DNA of 64,000 nt from Vezdaea acicularis (GCA_026025075.1 JAPEUI010000030.1:62001-126000); one strand, 5' to 3'. Counted from the stretch's first letter, positions 39,410 to 52,115 are shown. Notes: generated by a model not told the origin, from the sequence alone. Made by a program: numbers and translations.

Positions 39410-41317
39410 ATGGCTGTGAGCACCATGTTCTGGCAGAGAGGCGAACCAACCCAGAGACGTCTTGGGCGAAACCCACGATCTCGATCCGCAGGACGGCTTG
39501 CGGAGGCTACATCGGCCTCGCATGGCACACGCAGCTGTGAGGATATAGGAGATGATGCGGACTTGGAGTTTCGGACGCTCAATGAGTCGTTGGAGATGCT
39601 AGTTGCTGTCTTTCCCGACGTCCAGATTGAAGTCTTCCGCGAGATGCTGAGCACATTCGACAAAGAAAGTCGACTGTACGTCATCACGGAGACCCTTTTG
39701 AAACAAAAATCGAAATGGGTGCAAGGAAGACTGCGGGTTCGGGAGAAGGAGGCGGAGAGGACAGAATCAAGGTCGAACGGCTCCCCAGAAGAGCACTGTT
39801 CCCAGCTGCTTGTGCCTCTAGAGGAACGATTCCGCAGTCGGAGCTATAAGGCTGCCGTAAATGATGTCTTATGCCAAGAGTTTCGAGGACTATCCCGCTC
39901 CTCAATCAACGCAGTTCTCGCGGAGCAGAATTATTCATATACGCATGCGCGGCCCACACTACTCGCTTTATCAGCGAAGTCATGGCGATTTGCTCTCTCC
40001 TCGTTCATCTTTCGACGGAAGACACTAGCTCCAGCACCCGGTCCCTCCCACCCTCTGCTCGTATTTCCGACTTCACAATTCGATAAACCCTTACCCTCTC
40101 TGCCAGAACTGATTCCTACGGCTTCCGAAGAGCTTAATGATGAGTTAAGACAAACTCTACTGGAACCACTCCGGCAACAACGGCAGGAAGCACAGGAACG
40201 ACTAGACCTCGAACTCGCCAACCTCCTCAACGAGAAAGAAGCCGAGACTTATTCCGCATTACATGATTGTGACTGTTGCATTTCTTCGACCACTTTCGAG
40301 CAGCTCGCATCATGCAACACATCAGGCCATCTCCTCTGCTTCCAGTGTATCAGACACTCCACGAACGAAGCCCTGTACGGCCAAGGCTGGGGCCGAAGCA
40401 TCGACCACAGCAGCGGCTCACTACGTTGTCTCGCCCCCGAAGACTGCAACGGACATATCCCCACCAGCCAAGTCCAGCGCGCCCTCGAAGCCGAAAAAGG
40501 CGGCGCCGACATCTACCGGCAGTTCGAAGACCGTGTGTCCAGCGAAGCGCTCACCAAATCCCTCACCCCCCTCGTCCGCTGCCCCTTTTGCGTCTATGCC
40601 GAAGTCGACGAGCTGCACACGACCCCCTCCCCCAACTGGAGCTTCAAGAGCGTCGCATCCGTCCCCCTCTCCACCACGCTCGTCCTTGTCGTGGCCCTCG
40701 CAGTCCTCATCCTCCTCTCCCCCCTTCGCCTACTCTTTCCCCGCCCCCAAGCCATTTTCCAAGCCTCCCTCCAGCGCCTTGCGCGGCTACACCGCGCGCC
40801 TAAATTCTCCTGCCGCAATCCGCGCTGTGGCCGCGCATCCTGCCTGCACTGCCACAAGCTCTGGCTAGACCCCCACATCTGCTACGAGTCCGAGCGCCTA
40901 CGTCACACAACCTACCTCTCCAACGCCCTCTCCGCCGCCCTCAAACGCACCTGTCCCCGCTGCTCCCTCAGCTTCGTCAAGGCCAGCGGCTGCAACAAAC
41001 TCACCTGCGTCTGCGGCTACGTCCTCTGCTACGTCTGCCGCCGCGAACTCGGCCCCACCGACGGCTACAAGCACTTCTGCGAACACTTCCGCCCTGTTGG
41101 CGGCCGTTGCCGCCAGTGCGATAAGTGTGACCTCTATCGCGAGGAAGATGAGAAGATCGTGCTTGAGCGCGCGAGGCGCGAGGCGGAGAGCCGATGGCTG
41201 GAGAAGGAAGGGGATGTTGGTATCGCGAGCGAGGAGACGTGGGGGAAGACGAATGCCCAGGGTTGGGAGGGCTGGGTGGACGGTGTTCTCGATCGAGTCA
41301 TTCTCATTAAAAGTTAG
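39410..41317 (+). CDS. RBR (RING-IBR-RING) E3 ubiquitin ligase, RNF216/TRIAD3-like, with N-terminal CUE-like region
   Basis: LVAVFPDVQIEVFREML; CDCC..C..GHLLCFQC; CPFC..FSCRNPRCGRASCLHC; CPRCSLSFVKASGCNKLTCVCGYVLCYVCR. Confidence 0.9.
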   Translation: MAVSTMFWQRGEPTQRRLGRNPRSRSAGRLAEATSASHGTRSCEDIGDDADLEFRTLNESLEMLVAVFPDVQIEVFREMLSTFDKESRLYVITETLLKQKSKWVQGRLRVREKEAERTESRSNGSPEEHCSQLLVPLEERFRSRSYKAAVNDVLCQEFRGLSRSSINAVLAEQNYSYTHARPTLLALSAKSWRFALSSFIFRRKTLAPAPGPSHPLLVFPTSQFDKPLPSLPELIPTASEELNDELRQTLLEPLRQQRQEAQERLDLELANLLNEKEAETYSALHDCDCCISSTTFEQLASCNTSGHLLCFQCIRHSTNEALYGQGWGRSIDHSSGSLRCLAPEDCNGHIPTSQVQRALEAEKGGADIYRQFEDRVSSEALTKSLTPLVRCPFCVYAEVDELHTTPSPNWSFKSVASVPLSTTLVLVVALAVLILLSPLRLLFPRPQAIFQASLQRLARLHRAPKFSCRNPRCGRASCLHCHKLWLDPHICYESERLRHTTYLSNALSAALKRTCPRCSLSFVKASGCNKLTCVCGYVLCYVCRRELGPTDGYKHFCEHFRPVGGRCRQCDKCDLYREEDEKIVLERARREAESRWLEKEGDVGIASEETWGKTNAQGWEGWVDGVLDRVILIKS

Positions 41318-41711
41318 AGCGCTCCAATTCTGTATTTATATTGGGTGGAATGTTTGGGTAGAGCGGGTTTCATGGGTAGGGCATAGCGTGGGTTTTCGGG
41401 TATCAGCGCTGCATTGCCGGCGTTGGATAGACCTACATGTACCGTACATGGTGTACCACAGATCGTTGGCATCCCACATAGAAACTGCTCTACCACGGCA
41501 GCTCGCATACCGAGCGCCGTGTCTACAATGCATAAACGAAAGACATACACAATATTCCCGGCTTCCCGAGAAATGTAGCCTCGGAGAAAAAAAGCGTAAA
41601 TAAAAAAAACACTCAATCTAATCTGCCTCCAAAAAAAGTTATCATCTACGCCCTCATCATTTTTAAGAATGTGCCCGCACAGCCTCCTAATCCCCTACGC
41701 TACTGTAGCCT

Positions 41712-44290
41712 CTATAAGGGCAACGTCTTGCCCGCCTTACTAAGCTCCAACTCCTTCTTCAGCCGCTCGATCTCCATGAGCAAGCTCCGATCTCGATTCG
41801 TGATATCCTCCTCATGGCCCTCCAAGCGATCCTTATACTCCCTCATGGTCATACTGCGGGAAGTATGATAATCCGGGCGACCGCTGAGGGTATCGATGAC
41901 GGGCCTAAGGCCAAGCCAAAACTCATGCTTGGGTCTCCTATCCTTCCAATTAGTCTCGCGAGTCTCGAGGTGTTCCATATCGGTAAAGACGACGCTGGCG
42001 CCTTTGAAGCCAATGACGGCGGCGCTCATCTTGTCCGCCATGACCTCCGCGCCGGTCTTGCCCTGGTACTCCTCGAGCATCTGCATGCACTTGACGGCGA
42101 GGCGGACGGCGCGGACGCGGTCCATGGGCGAGGGGATGCCGCCCTGTTGGTAGCGGCCGACGACCTCGTAGCAGGACTCGAAGCGGCCGTGCGCTTCCTC
42201 GCCGATCATGTCGGCGATCATCTTCGTCGTGTATGTGTCGTTGGCGTGTTCGCTGCGGAGGATCAGCTTGCCGGCGCGCCCGCGCCCTTGGTCGTTGCCG
42301 AAGCATTCTTGTAGATGGTCGATGTCGCTTGCGAGCATCTCGCGGTTGATGCCTTCTTCAGGAGTGTAGACTGCGACGGCGCCGACGGCGAGGCCGGCGA
42401 GCGTGGCGATGTAGCCGGAGCGGCCGCCTTGGGTTTCGACGACGAAGACGCGGCGACGCGTGGAGGACGCAGATTGCCGTAGGTCGTCGCAGTATTTGAC
42501 GAGGGCGTTCAGACAGGTGTCCGAGCCAAGGGAGAATTCCGAGCCAGGGACGTTGTTCGAGATGGTGGCGGGAAGGACGACCATGGGGACGCGGAGGGAG
42601 GGGTATTCTTCACGTGCTTTGCGGAGTTGGGAGAGGGCGGTGAAGGCTTCGAAGCCGCCGATCAGGAAGAGCGCTTCGAAGTTGTACAGTTCGAAGCATT
42701 TGGCTGTCGTGGGCATGTCGGCGCTTGGGAGGTGGCGGTTCGTCCCGATTTCGCTACCACCATTCGAGACCCATTTATCGACTTCAAGCCAGTCGAACTC
42801 ACGGACGGAGCCAAGTGGCTTGTCGCCGTGGTGTCGCTGGAGGCCCGAGAAGCCGTTGTGCAGTGCGATAGGGGTATGCCCCCTGGAAAGGCAGTATGCC
42901 ACTGCCGCACGGGTGGCCGCATTCATACCGCCTGCGGGCGCGCCTACATGGATTATCGCAATTCTCATTTGCTGGATTGTGTCAGTGCATCGCCCGCAGG
43001 TTTGCGAGGGTATGGTGAACGTACCTTCTCCTTCGGTATACGCAAGTGAGGGGCATCTATAGTCTCCGTTGTGATATGTGCATTATAGTATTCTGCAAAC
43101 TCTGCATCCCGTAAACTCATTGCTTTGTCAAACTGTTTGGCTTTAATTGCGGCTGTAACCTCGTTCGTCAACTGTACAGCCTCAACCAGAGGCTTCCGAG
43201 TAATTTTGTTCTCTATAATTGAGATGATCGGGCTAGGTGTCTCTGGTGTTGCGTCTAGGACGGCTTCAACAGCTTCTACCCCCTGAAGAGTGGAAAGCAT
43301 ACGATCATATGCACAAGCTGTTCCACCGCGTTGGACGTGGCCGAGGGTTGTGATCCGGGTATCGAGGCCAAGAACGTTTTTCAAGACATTCAGGACGTCT
43401 ATTGGTGATATATGCTTCAATTGACGGTCTTGAGCGCCTTCGGCAACTATCACAATTGTCTTCCTCTTCCCCATCGCTCTATGCTATACTAACATTAGCA
43501 TACAGTCGTACTCAAGAGCCCCCGGAGAACATTTTACCTTCTTGATGATTTCACACATCTCAAAATCCCAGTGCTCGCCTGGCGGGTGCTCGGGAATGAA
43601 TACAAAGTCGGCGCCCGTGCTCACGCCAGCCATCAAGGCTAGCCATCCACAATGCCTTCCCATTACCTCAATGACAAAGGCTCGAGAGTGCGAGGTCGCT
43701 GTGGCATTGATGTCATCGATATTCTGGCATATACGGACGAGGGAAGAGTAGCAACCAATTGTTGCATCCGTAGAGGCCATATCGTTATCAATGGATCCAA
43801 CAAGTCCCACGATGTTCAGATGCTTGAACGGTATGATCTGACCCAGATCTAACTCCTTTTTTTGGACCAGCTCATCTAGTAGATCCGGCCATTCTCTTCG
43901 AAATATATCCGCGCCTGTGAGGGATCCATCACCACCACAGACGATAAGGGCATCAATACCGCGAAGAACCATGTTCTTCGCAGCCTTCAGCCGCCCCTCG
44001 TGCAGCATGAATGATTTACAACGAGCTGTTCCAATGAGGGTTCCTCCTTCCGAGAGCCAACCCCGCACATCTTCCCACTTCATCTCTTTTATTAGGTTGC
44101 CGCCGTTGACCAACCCTTCATAGCCTTCGTAGATGCCGTATACCTCGCATCCACGCGCAATTGACATGCGAACGACGGCTCTAACAGCTCCATTCATCCC
44201 AGGGGCGTCCCCACCGCTCGTCATAACTGCGATCCGGCGCTTTTTGGCGGGTAGCACCATCGACTGGCGCCTAACAGCTGGGGAATCCAT
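41712..44290 (-). CDS. pfkA: ATP-dependent 6-phosphofructokinase (3 exons)
   Basis: [59 protein letters not shown]. Confidence 0.97.
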
Positions 44291-44686
44291 AGCGATAAAG
44301 TATTAGGGGGGCGACGAGAGAACCTGTTGTGAGAGTTAAAGAAATGAGAAAGTTGCGGAGCTGCCCCTCACTATCTATACCTGGCGAAACACAGAGCTCC
44401 CCCCACCAAACTACGTAGGTGGGGTGCACAGGGTCCACCTGCCGCCTGCATGAGTTTTTGCTAGCCCCATCACCGATTATCTGTACGGAGGGGAGAGGCC
44501 GTTCGTCTAGTTTTTTTTTGGTCAAGCGATCCTGGCATTTTGCGGTGGGGTTGTGAGCTCCGCAGTTTAGCGCCCTCCGTTGCTTTACCTCTCGCATTCG
44601 TCATTTGACGCGAAAAAAGGCTGCCACCGGAAGTTGCACCAGCCAGCAAATACCAACGAAAGTGAGAGCTTCGATTCGCCGCGAAC

Positions 44687-45360
44687 ATGTCCGGTCTAGA
44701 AAAAGCACTGTTTAACCTCAAGTTCACCGCAAAGCAACTTAACCGTCAAGCCGCAAAGGCCGGCAAGGATGAGACTGCCGAGAAGAACAAACTGAAGAAG
44801 GCCATCCAACAGGGCCACAGCGATATCGCGAAGATCTATGCTCAGAATGCTATACGCAAGCAGAACGAACGGTTGAACCTGTTGCGACTGGGCTCACGTA
44901 TTGATGCTGTCAGTAGCCGTGTGCAGACGGCGGTGACGATGAGACAAGTCACCGGGAGCATGGCCAACGTCGTGAAGGGCATGGACCAGGCAATGAAAAG
45001 CATGGATCTCGAGAAGGTGAGCTGTCTCTCCCAAAGGCGCTTTTCGTCGTTCTGCGCCATACTGATGGGTCAAACTGCAAATAGATCTCTGTTGTCATGG
45101 ACAGATTTGAGACGCAATTCGCTGATCTGGACGTTGCGACTGGCTATTACGAGACTGCTACTTCTCAAGCTACAGCGGTGGGGACACCACAGGCAGATGT
45201 GGATCGCTTGATGAATCAAGTCGCGGATGAGGCTGGTGTCGAATTACAGCAAGAGATGGAATCAGCCACCCCAGCGAAAGGAGAAGTAGACAAGGTTGGG
45301 ACGACAGAAGTGGAGGAGGATGGATTAGGAGAACGGTTGCGGGCTTTGAGAGCAGGGTGA
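44687..45360 (+). CDS. DID2: ESCRT-III accessory protein Did2/Vps46 (CHMP1)
   Basis: [29 protein letters not shown]-terminal [12 protein letters not shown]; one intron. Confidence 0.95.
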
Positions 45361-45554
45361 TTGAAACTTCTTCAGGGGAGTTTGGGGTGTCACATTGGGT
45401 TTCAATGGGTTTTGCTGCGATAGATTGGTCTAATGGTCATCATGAGATCCTATTCGGACCTAGGGGTCATGCTCGTCTACCCGTTATTGCAACGTCTATG
45501 GTATATGCTCGAATCTACATGCCTTCAGTGCCTCTAGAAGCCTCCCAACCAGTA

Positions 45555-46998
45555 TCATTTGTTGGCCAAGGTCGTAGCCTCGCTTGGCTTCAGCTTCCCG
45601 CCCTCGATCAAGCGCTTGACTTCGTCTGAGTAGACGCCCTTCACGCTCGCAGCATCTTTCTTCCCGTTTAATTTGGTAGCAACAACAGCCAACTCCTCGT
45701 TGTCGATTTTCGATATCAGCAGATCGACATCGTTGAGGACAGCGTCAATGATGGCCGGAGGAGCATCACCACCTTCATGGAAGTAATTGACATCCTTGAC
45801 ACTCCCCTTCAACACTCGCTTGTTCTTCTTCGCCGCATTCTTCGCTGCCTCCTTCAGCTTCTTGGCATCTGCTTTCTCTGTCTTGGCCTTCTCTTCTGCC
45901 TCAGCTTTGGCTTTAGCTTGCTCTTCCTTCTGTTTTTGTGCTTCTTCAGCTGCACGCTTGGCTTCAGCTTCCTTCTCTATCTTTCTCTTGTCTTTATGTG
46001 CCCGCTCTTCCTTTTTGAACTTTTTGATGCGTTCATCAAGAGCAAGCGCATCATCAACGAGATGTCGTAGTCGAGCAGTGTCTTCTGTCTTCTTCTTTTT
46101 ACGAGCATTATTGTTCTTTCTCTCAACGTGACGCTTCTGATCACGGTTCTCATTGTCATCTGGGACATCTTCGTCTTGGTATTCAAAGGATCTCCAGCTA
46201 TCGAAGTTATACCAAAAGTCATAGAAAGCCTCTACTTCAGCCTTTGTGCTCTTGTCATTGCCTAACTTGGGAACTGGTTGTTTCTTGGAGAAACGCCCTT
46301 CTCTCTCAAAGACCGGTCCCCACAGCTTGAAGAAATTACCCTTTTGAGTCTCTTTCTTTGATGGAGGATCCAGGTCAGCTTCTTCGTCCACAGAGTCAAA
46401 TTGACGGCGTTTAACAGGGTCGAGAAGAACCTCGGTGGCCTTCTGAATGCATTTGAAGAATGAATCATCCTCCGTACTGCCGGCGGCGGCTTTTTTGTCA
46501 GGGTGATGTTTGAGGACCTTTTTGCGGTGCGCACGTTTGATCTGATCTTCTGTAGCAAGGAATCGGTATTTCGTGAGGCCTAAAACAGCGTAGTGGTCTT
46601 GGTTCTGATTCACGAAATTAGTTTTTATTCTACATTCCACTAAGAAAAATGCATCAGAATTACCTTCCAGTCTTTCGCGTCTCTTTGGAGCATTGCTGGA
46701 TCCTCCGGTTCACTAATTTCACCAGCATCGTCGTCTTCTACCTTCTTGACATTCTCCTGTGCTTGCATCCGCTCATCTTCGGAGAACGTGCGATGGTGGC
46801 GCTTCTATTCTGATAGTTAGATACAAATTTAGTGTGGAATTTTATTCTTTTTACCCTGCGCGCATGAGCTAGAAAATGAGGGCCAACAGGTTCGATATGT
46901 CGCTGAGTCGCTGGGGAAAGAGATCCAATCGCCTTGAAATCCTTCTCGCCCACCCATCCATCTGGCAGCGTGGGCAGAGTCATGACGGTAGCTGACAT
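45555..46998 (-). CDS. ZUO1: Zuotin, ribosome-associated J-protein
   Basis: EPVGPHFLAHARR, QDHYAVLGL..KHHPDKK, FYDFWYNFDSWRSFEY. Confidence 0.96.
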
Positions 46999-47261
46999 AT
47001 CTGGAGTACTAGAGCTACTTCTCTTGGCCGCTTGGAAGAGCTAGAGAGGAAAAATCCAGGAACTTTTTTGTGGTCGCTCCTCTGGCACTTCGGTAAGGCA
47101 GAGCTGAGGACGGAGGTCGGTGAAACTTGTCTCCGGGATATGCCGCTTCTGTTTTGCGTCGACCATGCCCTCATGAGCTGCGGAAGTATAAGCCCCATAG
47201 CGGCCAATTAGCATCCGCCAACGAGTGATCCTCAAGCACCACACATTTGCTTGTGTTAAAC

Positions 47262-47709
47262 ATGGCACTTGCTGTGTATCGGCAGCTTCTTCGTTCAACT
47301 CGAATAGCTTTCCAAGGCACGCTCTTCATCCCCCTTTAGTAAAAAGAGGATACCTTCTCGAGCATGATTGTCACAGCTTCTAACGCTCTCGTAGGTGATC
47401 TGCCAATAATATCAGCTGCTCGCCATGAAGCTCGCAAGAACTTCGAGACAAATAGAGTGCTCGCACCGAATAGCCCTGAATCGATAGCGGCCATAGCACA
47501 CGCAGAGGAAGTTGCGCGTATCTTACGCCATAACATCGTGCAAGGTAAACAGACCGGAGAGCAAGGGGATAATTACAGTGAGTTTTGGTGTCCCAAGACC
47601 ACAATTCGTTGTAGCTAACGAGCTTGGAGAGCTCCATCTTCACCAGGACATTGAAAGGGGGGATAATGAAACAACAAGTATTGGAAAACCTGTCTCAAGA
47701 TCTTCATAA
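47262..47709 (+). CDS. MZM1: Mitochondrial LYR-family protein Mzm1 (Rieske protein chaperone)
   Basis: [48 protein letters not shown]..|[13 protein letters not shown]. Confidence 0.88.
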
Positions 47710-48225
47710 TCGAGCTGTAAACTATTGTAAAGCATAGGAGGAATCATGGCTAGCAGGCTTGAAAGGCTTGCTCATCAAATGAAGGCACTAGTCCAGAGAA
47801 GCGAGCAAGGGGAACAACGATTGGCGACCATCATGGAAGGCTTTGAGGATTCATTCCGTGAGGACCGCTTCAATTAACCAGTGTGTCAATGTCTCTTCTT
47901 GGGATGGAGAGGAATGGGATATGGCAGGTGTGTGCATTGATAAGGACGAACGATAGCAGACTACGGTCTTGGGCAAAATATGCTTTTAGCGGATAGTTTC
48001 TTGGCTGCGATGCTTTCCATAGGAAAGTTGGTTCATCTCTTATGAACTTAGCCACTCCCCGTTTATACGCAGATAGCTTATAGGTAAAGATGTAATATGC
48101 TCACAAGGTGATCATTACAATATCATACTTCTATTCATGAAGACTAGGGGATATCTAGACGACTAATAATAGGTGGCTGAATTACACGTGTTGAATGGCA
48201 ATGCAACGCCTTACCTAGAGGTACA

Positions 48226-49330
48226 TCACAGAGCTTTCCCAACATCAACACCAGTAGAAGCAGCCTTGGGAGTAGCCGTGCTCTTATTCTCTGGCGCATC
48301 AGCTCCACTGCCGCTCCAGTTCCAAGGCATCCAACCCGAACTATTTGTACGATCATGAGACGGTTTTACGTCTTGGACTTCCTCGCGCTCTACTCGATCA
48401 AAGCTTACTTCGCTCTTGCTACGTCCTAAATGATCGACTGGTGTTGTATCTGAAAAATTATACGACGGCAGGGTGAAGTCTGCTACCGGAGCAGCGCCTT
48501 CTCGCGCCGAGCTGTTGTGTAAGATCAACGCTTCCCTGTCGAGAGCCCCCATTAGGATTTTGAGCCGTTCGCGCTGAGTGGAAATGTAAGACATCCGTTC
48601 TTCTTTACCGCGGATCGTGGGAGGAATCAGTGTCCCGCTTGCACTGAGATCTTCTTCTTGTGCATCGCGGCTTGTCTGAGAGGTTGTAGCTTGACTAAGA
48701 GCTGATGTTAGGACGGTATATAAATCTCCTACTGCGTTTGGCGCCGAGACACTCTCTCTGGCTGCGGGTATGTTGAACCGAGCTATAAGGCTTTGCGCAT
48801 AGCTGCCAGTGGTGGCATATGCAGAGGCGTAGGTGGAAGATTGATGCGTCTGTCTTGGAGGCTGTACTCCTAGCACATTTTCTCTGAAGAAGTCGACTGC
48901 CAGTCTGAAGTACCGCATACCAAGGGCTCTCGCTCTATCGTGCGCCTGCGAGATGAAGCGATCTATATCGTCCTCATGTTTTGAGAGGAAGGGATGGACA
49001 TGCTCCTCATAGACCATGCGTGCCCCTTGAGTCTGTGGCAGAACGAGCCAAAGATGTACTCCGAGACGTAACCAGCCATAAAAAGGAAGCCAGACGAGGA
49101 GCCATTCGGCCCAGCTCTCAATAAAGAGCGCACAGCCGAAGACAACCCAGTACATGAGCCATGGAGCTTGCTGTGTAGAGGACGAATTGCTGAGAGCGCG
49201 GTAGGATGCAAATATTGGGAAAAGAATGGTGAGAATCGAGCTTCGAGGGAAGTTAGCCTGTGCCCTAGTGGGGCAAACGACCGGATCGCGGGGTAACCTA
49301 CGAAAGCGCTCTCGCGACGATGTCGAACAT
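48226..49330 (-). CDS. HVA22/TB2/DP1 (REEP/Yop1-like) membrane protein
   Basis: MFDIVARALS|SILTILFPIFASYRAL..PWLMYWVV..WLPFYGWLRL..LPQTQGARMVY. Confidence 0.9.
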
Positions 49331-49838
49331 GATGGAAGCTGTGAAGGAAGATATCGTGCGAAATGGGTTCTTTACTAATACGTAGAATAGTCCTTCTGGT
49401 CAAGAGAAGGTCTTTCGAAAGTGCCGCTATAGGATTGAAGGTACCCCCAAGCGGGCAGAGCGCCGGAAGCTTATAAAGGAGCTTTTGGGCTTATCGATAC
49501 TTAGGTCGCTTGAGCTGGTGCCAGCGTCATTGGTCGCACTACGGATATAAGCCGAGTAGGGCTGTAAAGAACACGACAAAGGGCTTGAAAAGTTGAAACG
49601 GAAGGATATGAGACTATAGATATACTACGGCATCGTAAGAGGGAGAGGCCACATGGCATATGTAGGATATATGACTGGTTAGGACGGCTCAAGGCTGCCT
49701 GGTCAGGTGCGTCGTGTCCCCTAACGGAAGTCTGGAGCGTCGCCAGCTCTCGCGTAGACGTTCGTAGCGCGTCGTCCCGGCATTTCTTTCTTCCTTGGAG
49801 GCAATGAATTCCTCTACAAATAATAGATCCACGTCATT

Positions 49839-50849
49839 ATGGTCCGACTTGTGACGAGGGCAGAAAGAGTCGCCCAGTTCATTCTCGTGAAAGGAACGGA
49901 AGGGCTACGTTTCGCCCCAGCACGACCAAGGGTGGTGACGCATGCACGGCGGCATATACACAATCATCCTCATCGACGACAACATCAGCTAAGTATAGGA
50001 GAAAATCCATCGGTACACCTAGCTTTCAAGCCCTCCTTACGGCTCCAGGCACAAGCCAGTACAAATACAGCTAGTTTTGGGAATACTAGCCCTCGACCAA
50101 CGAATTCAGCACAAGCTCCCCCGATCACTGCTCAATCACCTTTGCCAAACAGTGCTCCTATCAAAAAGCCGCCACCGTCGGCAACACCGACTACGAGTAA
50201 ACAGGACCTAGCAAATGGGTTTGGCGACAAACCCATTGTACTGGATGAAGGTACGCGACAGGTAGACTGGGCGCGCTCGTTCCATGGTCTATCGACGGAG
50301 GCTTTCTCAAAAGAAGCTGCGGAGATCCTCTGCGGTCCCTTGGTTACGGATGATATTGAGGTCAAGCCAGATGGTATGATATATTTACCTGAGATCAAAT
50401 ATCGGAGAATCCTCAACAAGGCCTTCGGACCTGGCGGTTGGGGACTCGCGCCTAGATCAGAGACTATTGTGACTCCTAAAAAGGTCACCAGAGAATATGC
50501 GCTAGTTGCGCATGGCCGGTGAGACTTCTAGAAAACGCAATATTCCGAACGACACTGACCTCCATCTCTTAGGCTCGTTTCTGTAGCTCGAGGCGAACAA
50601 GACTACTTCTCTCCGGAGGGTATACCAACTGCCACAGAGGGATGCAAATCAAACGCTATGATGCGATGTTGTAAGGATCTAGGTGTTGCTAGCGAGCTTT
50701 GGGACCCCAGATTCGTCCGCGGGTTCCTGAAATCTCATGCAAGAGAGGTCTTTGTGGAGCACCAGGCCACCAAGAAAAGGTCAAAAATATGGCTTCGCAA
50801 GGACGACAGCGTGAAATACCCCTTGAAGGAGACAAAATTTAATGCATAA
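49839..50849 (+). CDS. MGM101: Mitochondrial genome maintenance protein Mgm101 (Rad52-like)
   Basis: [59 protein letters not shown]. Confidence 0.95.
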
Positions 50850-51002
50850 ATAATCTTCTCCTTTATATAATAGATTGTATAGTAGCTCTTCAGATACAAC
50901 AACCCTAGGAAGTTGCTCAAATTAAGCCAATACGAGAGCGGGGACATTGCTCAGCGTTGGAAATTCTTCTACTACTTGATGTTAGACGCTTGTAAAGTCG
51001 AG

Positions 51003-51530
51003 TTACTTGCTGGACAGCTTTCGAGCCTGGCTCGACTCGACATTATATATTACTTTAAGATCACTCTCTTTCATATGGAGTGATCCCCCATTCCAGCAGC
51101 CAAATCTTCTGAAGTATTCAACCGTCTCGCTCACTCTAACCATCATTTTGCATAGTTCCCTTGCGTTAACGTCGGTTCCTCGACCATCATTTTCTTCTCC
51201 CGATTCCAAGCTTGTGCAATAGCGTAGCCAGTCCCGGTAGGCGTCTTCCAGCTCTTCTACCCTCTTGAAGAGCGTGTAGAGCTCTGAGTCGAACTTCTCA
51301 AGAACTTTACGAAGAGTCATGTGCGCTGGAATGACGTCTTTATAGTCATTGAATAGATCTAAGTATTCCTCCACTGTATCGGCATTCATCACTTTTCGGG
51401 TTTCATCATAGATGATGAAGGCCTCATGGACGTCGGGTAGTTGTAAGACGACTTCTTTGGCTTCATCCTCCATTCGCATAGGCCATGTGAAATTTAGCAT
51501 TGGAAGTTCAAGCTCACAGAGTTGACACAT
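51003..51530 (-). CDS. Hypothetical helical protein with N-terminal CxxC (paralog A)
   Basis: Intronless 175-aa ORF starting MCQLC; N-terminus aligns without gaps to the adjacent ORF. Confidence 0.7.
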   Translation of the reverse strand: MCQLCELELPMLNFTWPMRMEDEAKEVVLQLPDVHEAFIIYDETRKVMNADTVEEYLDLFNDYKDVIPAHMTLRKVLEKFDSELYTLFKRVEELEDAYRDWLRYCTSLESGEENDGRGTDVNARELCKMMVRVSETVEYFRRFGCWNGGSLHMKESDLKVIYNVESSQARKLSSK

Positions 51531-51695
51531 GCTGTTATTTTGGAATATCCCTCAGCGGGAGAACAGCTTTACAAGGAAGAAATCTCATTTAAGACTAGAC
51601 TCTGGATTGAAGGACTCATCGCTCTGACCCTATAGCTGCCTAGGCGAGCGTAATGTGGCAAGCTCAGTAGTCACACGTGTTCTTATTTCCAATGA

Positions 51696-52115
51696 CTATT
51701 CTGAGCGCCGTTGCAGCTCGATTGCTCTGAAACGGCCCGCCCTAGCTCGTGCCTCGTCAATTAAGGGCATCAGACTCTGTTTGATCTTTTGGAGCTCATC
51801 TACCTGTTTGCCATTTGCTCCCTCCTTAAGCTTCCTCTCTTTTTCTGAAAACCAGGTCTTAGCAGACCTATCCAATTCGTCAACTATCAAAGAAAACCTA
51901 TCGAGTTCATTGAGAACTTGATTTTCTATTTCACGGATCTGGTTAGGCCCCGGCGGATCTATTGCGAGGTTCTGGTCCCCGCGAGCATTCACGAGGACCA
52001 TGTACTCCTTATGAACGACTTCCAGAGCTTGGGATACTTCATCCCTCCTTTTCTGTAACGAATTGGGCCACCTGGTCTGACTGAGGCGCTCTTGAAGAGC
52101 ACAGAGCTGACACAT
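51696..52115 (-). CDS. Hypothetical helical protein with N-terminal CxxC (paralog B)
   Basis: Intronless 139-aa ORF starting MCQLC; TATAAA on the minus strand about 95 bp upstream. Confidence 0.7.
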   Translation of the reverse strand: MCQLCALQERLSQTRWPNSLQKRRDEVSQALEVVHKEYMVLVNARGDQNLAIDPPGPNQIREIENQVLNELDRFSLIVDELDRSAKTWFSEKERKLKEGANGKQVDELQKIKQSLMPLIDEARARAGRFRAIELQRRSE

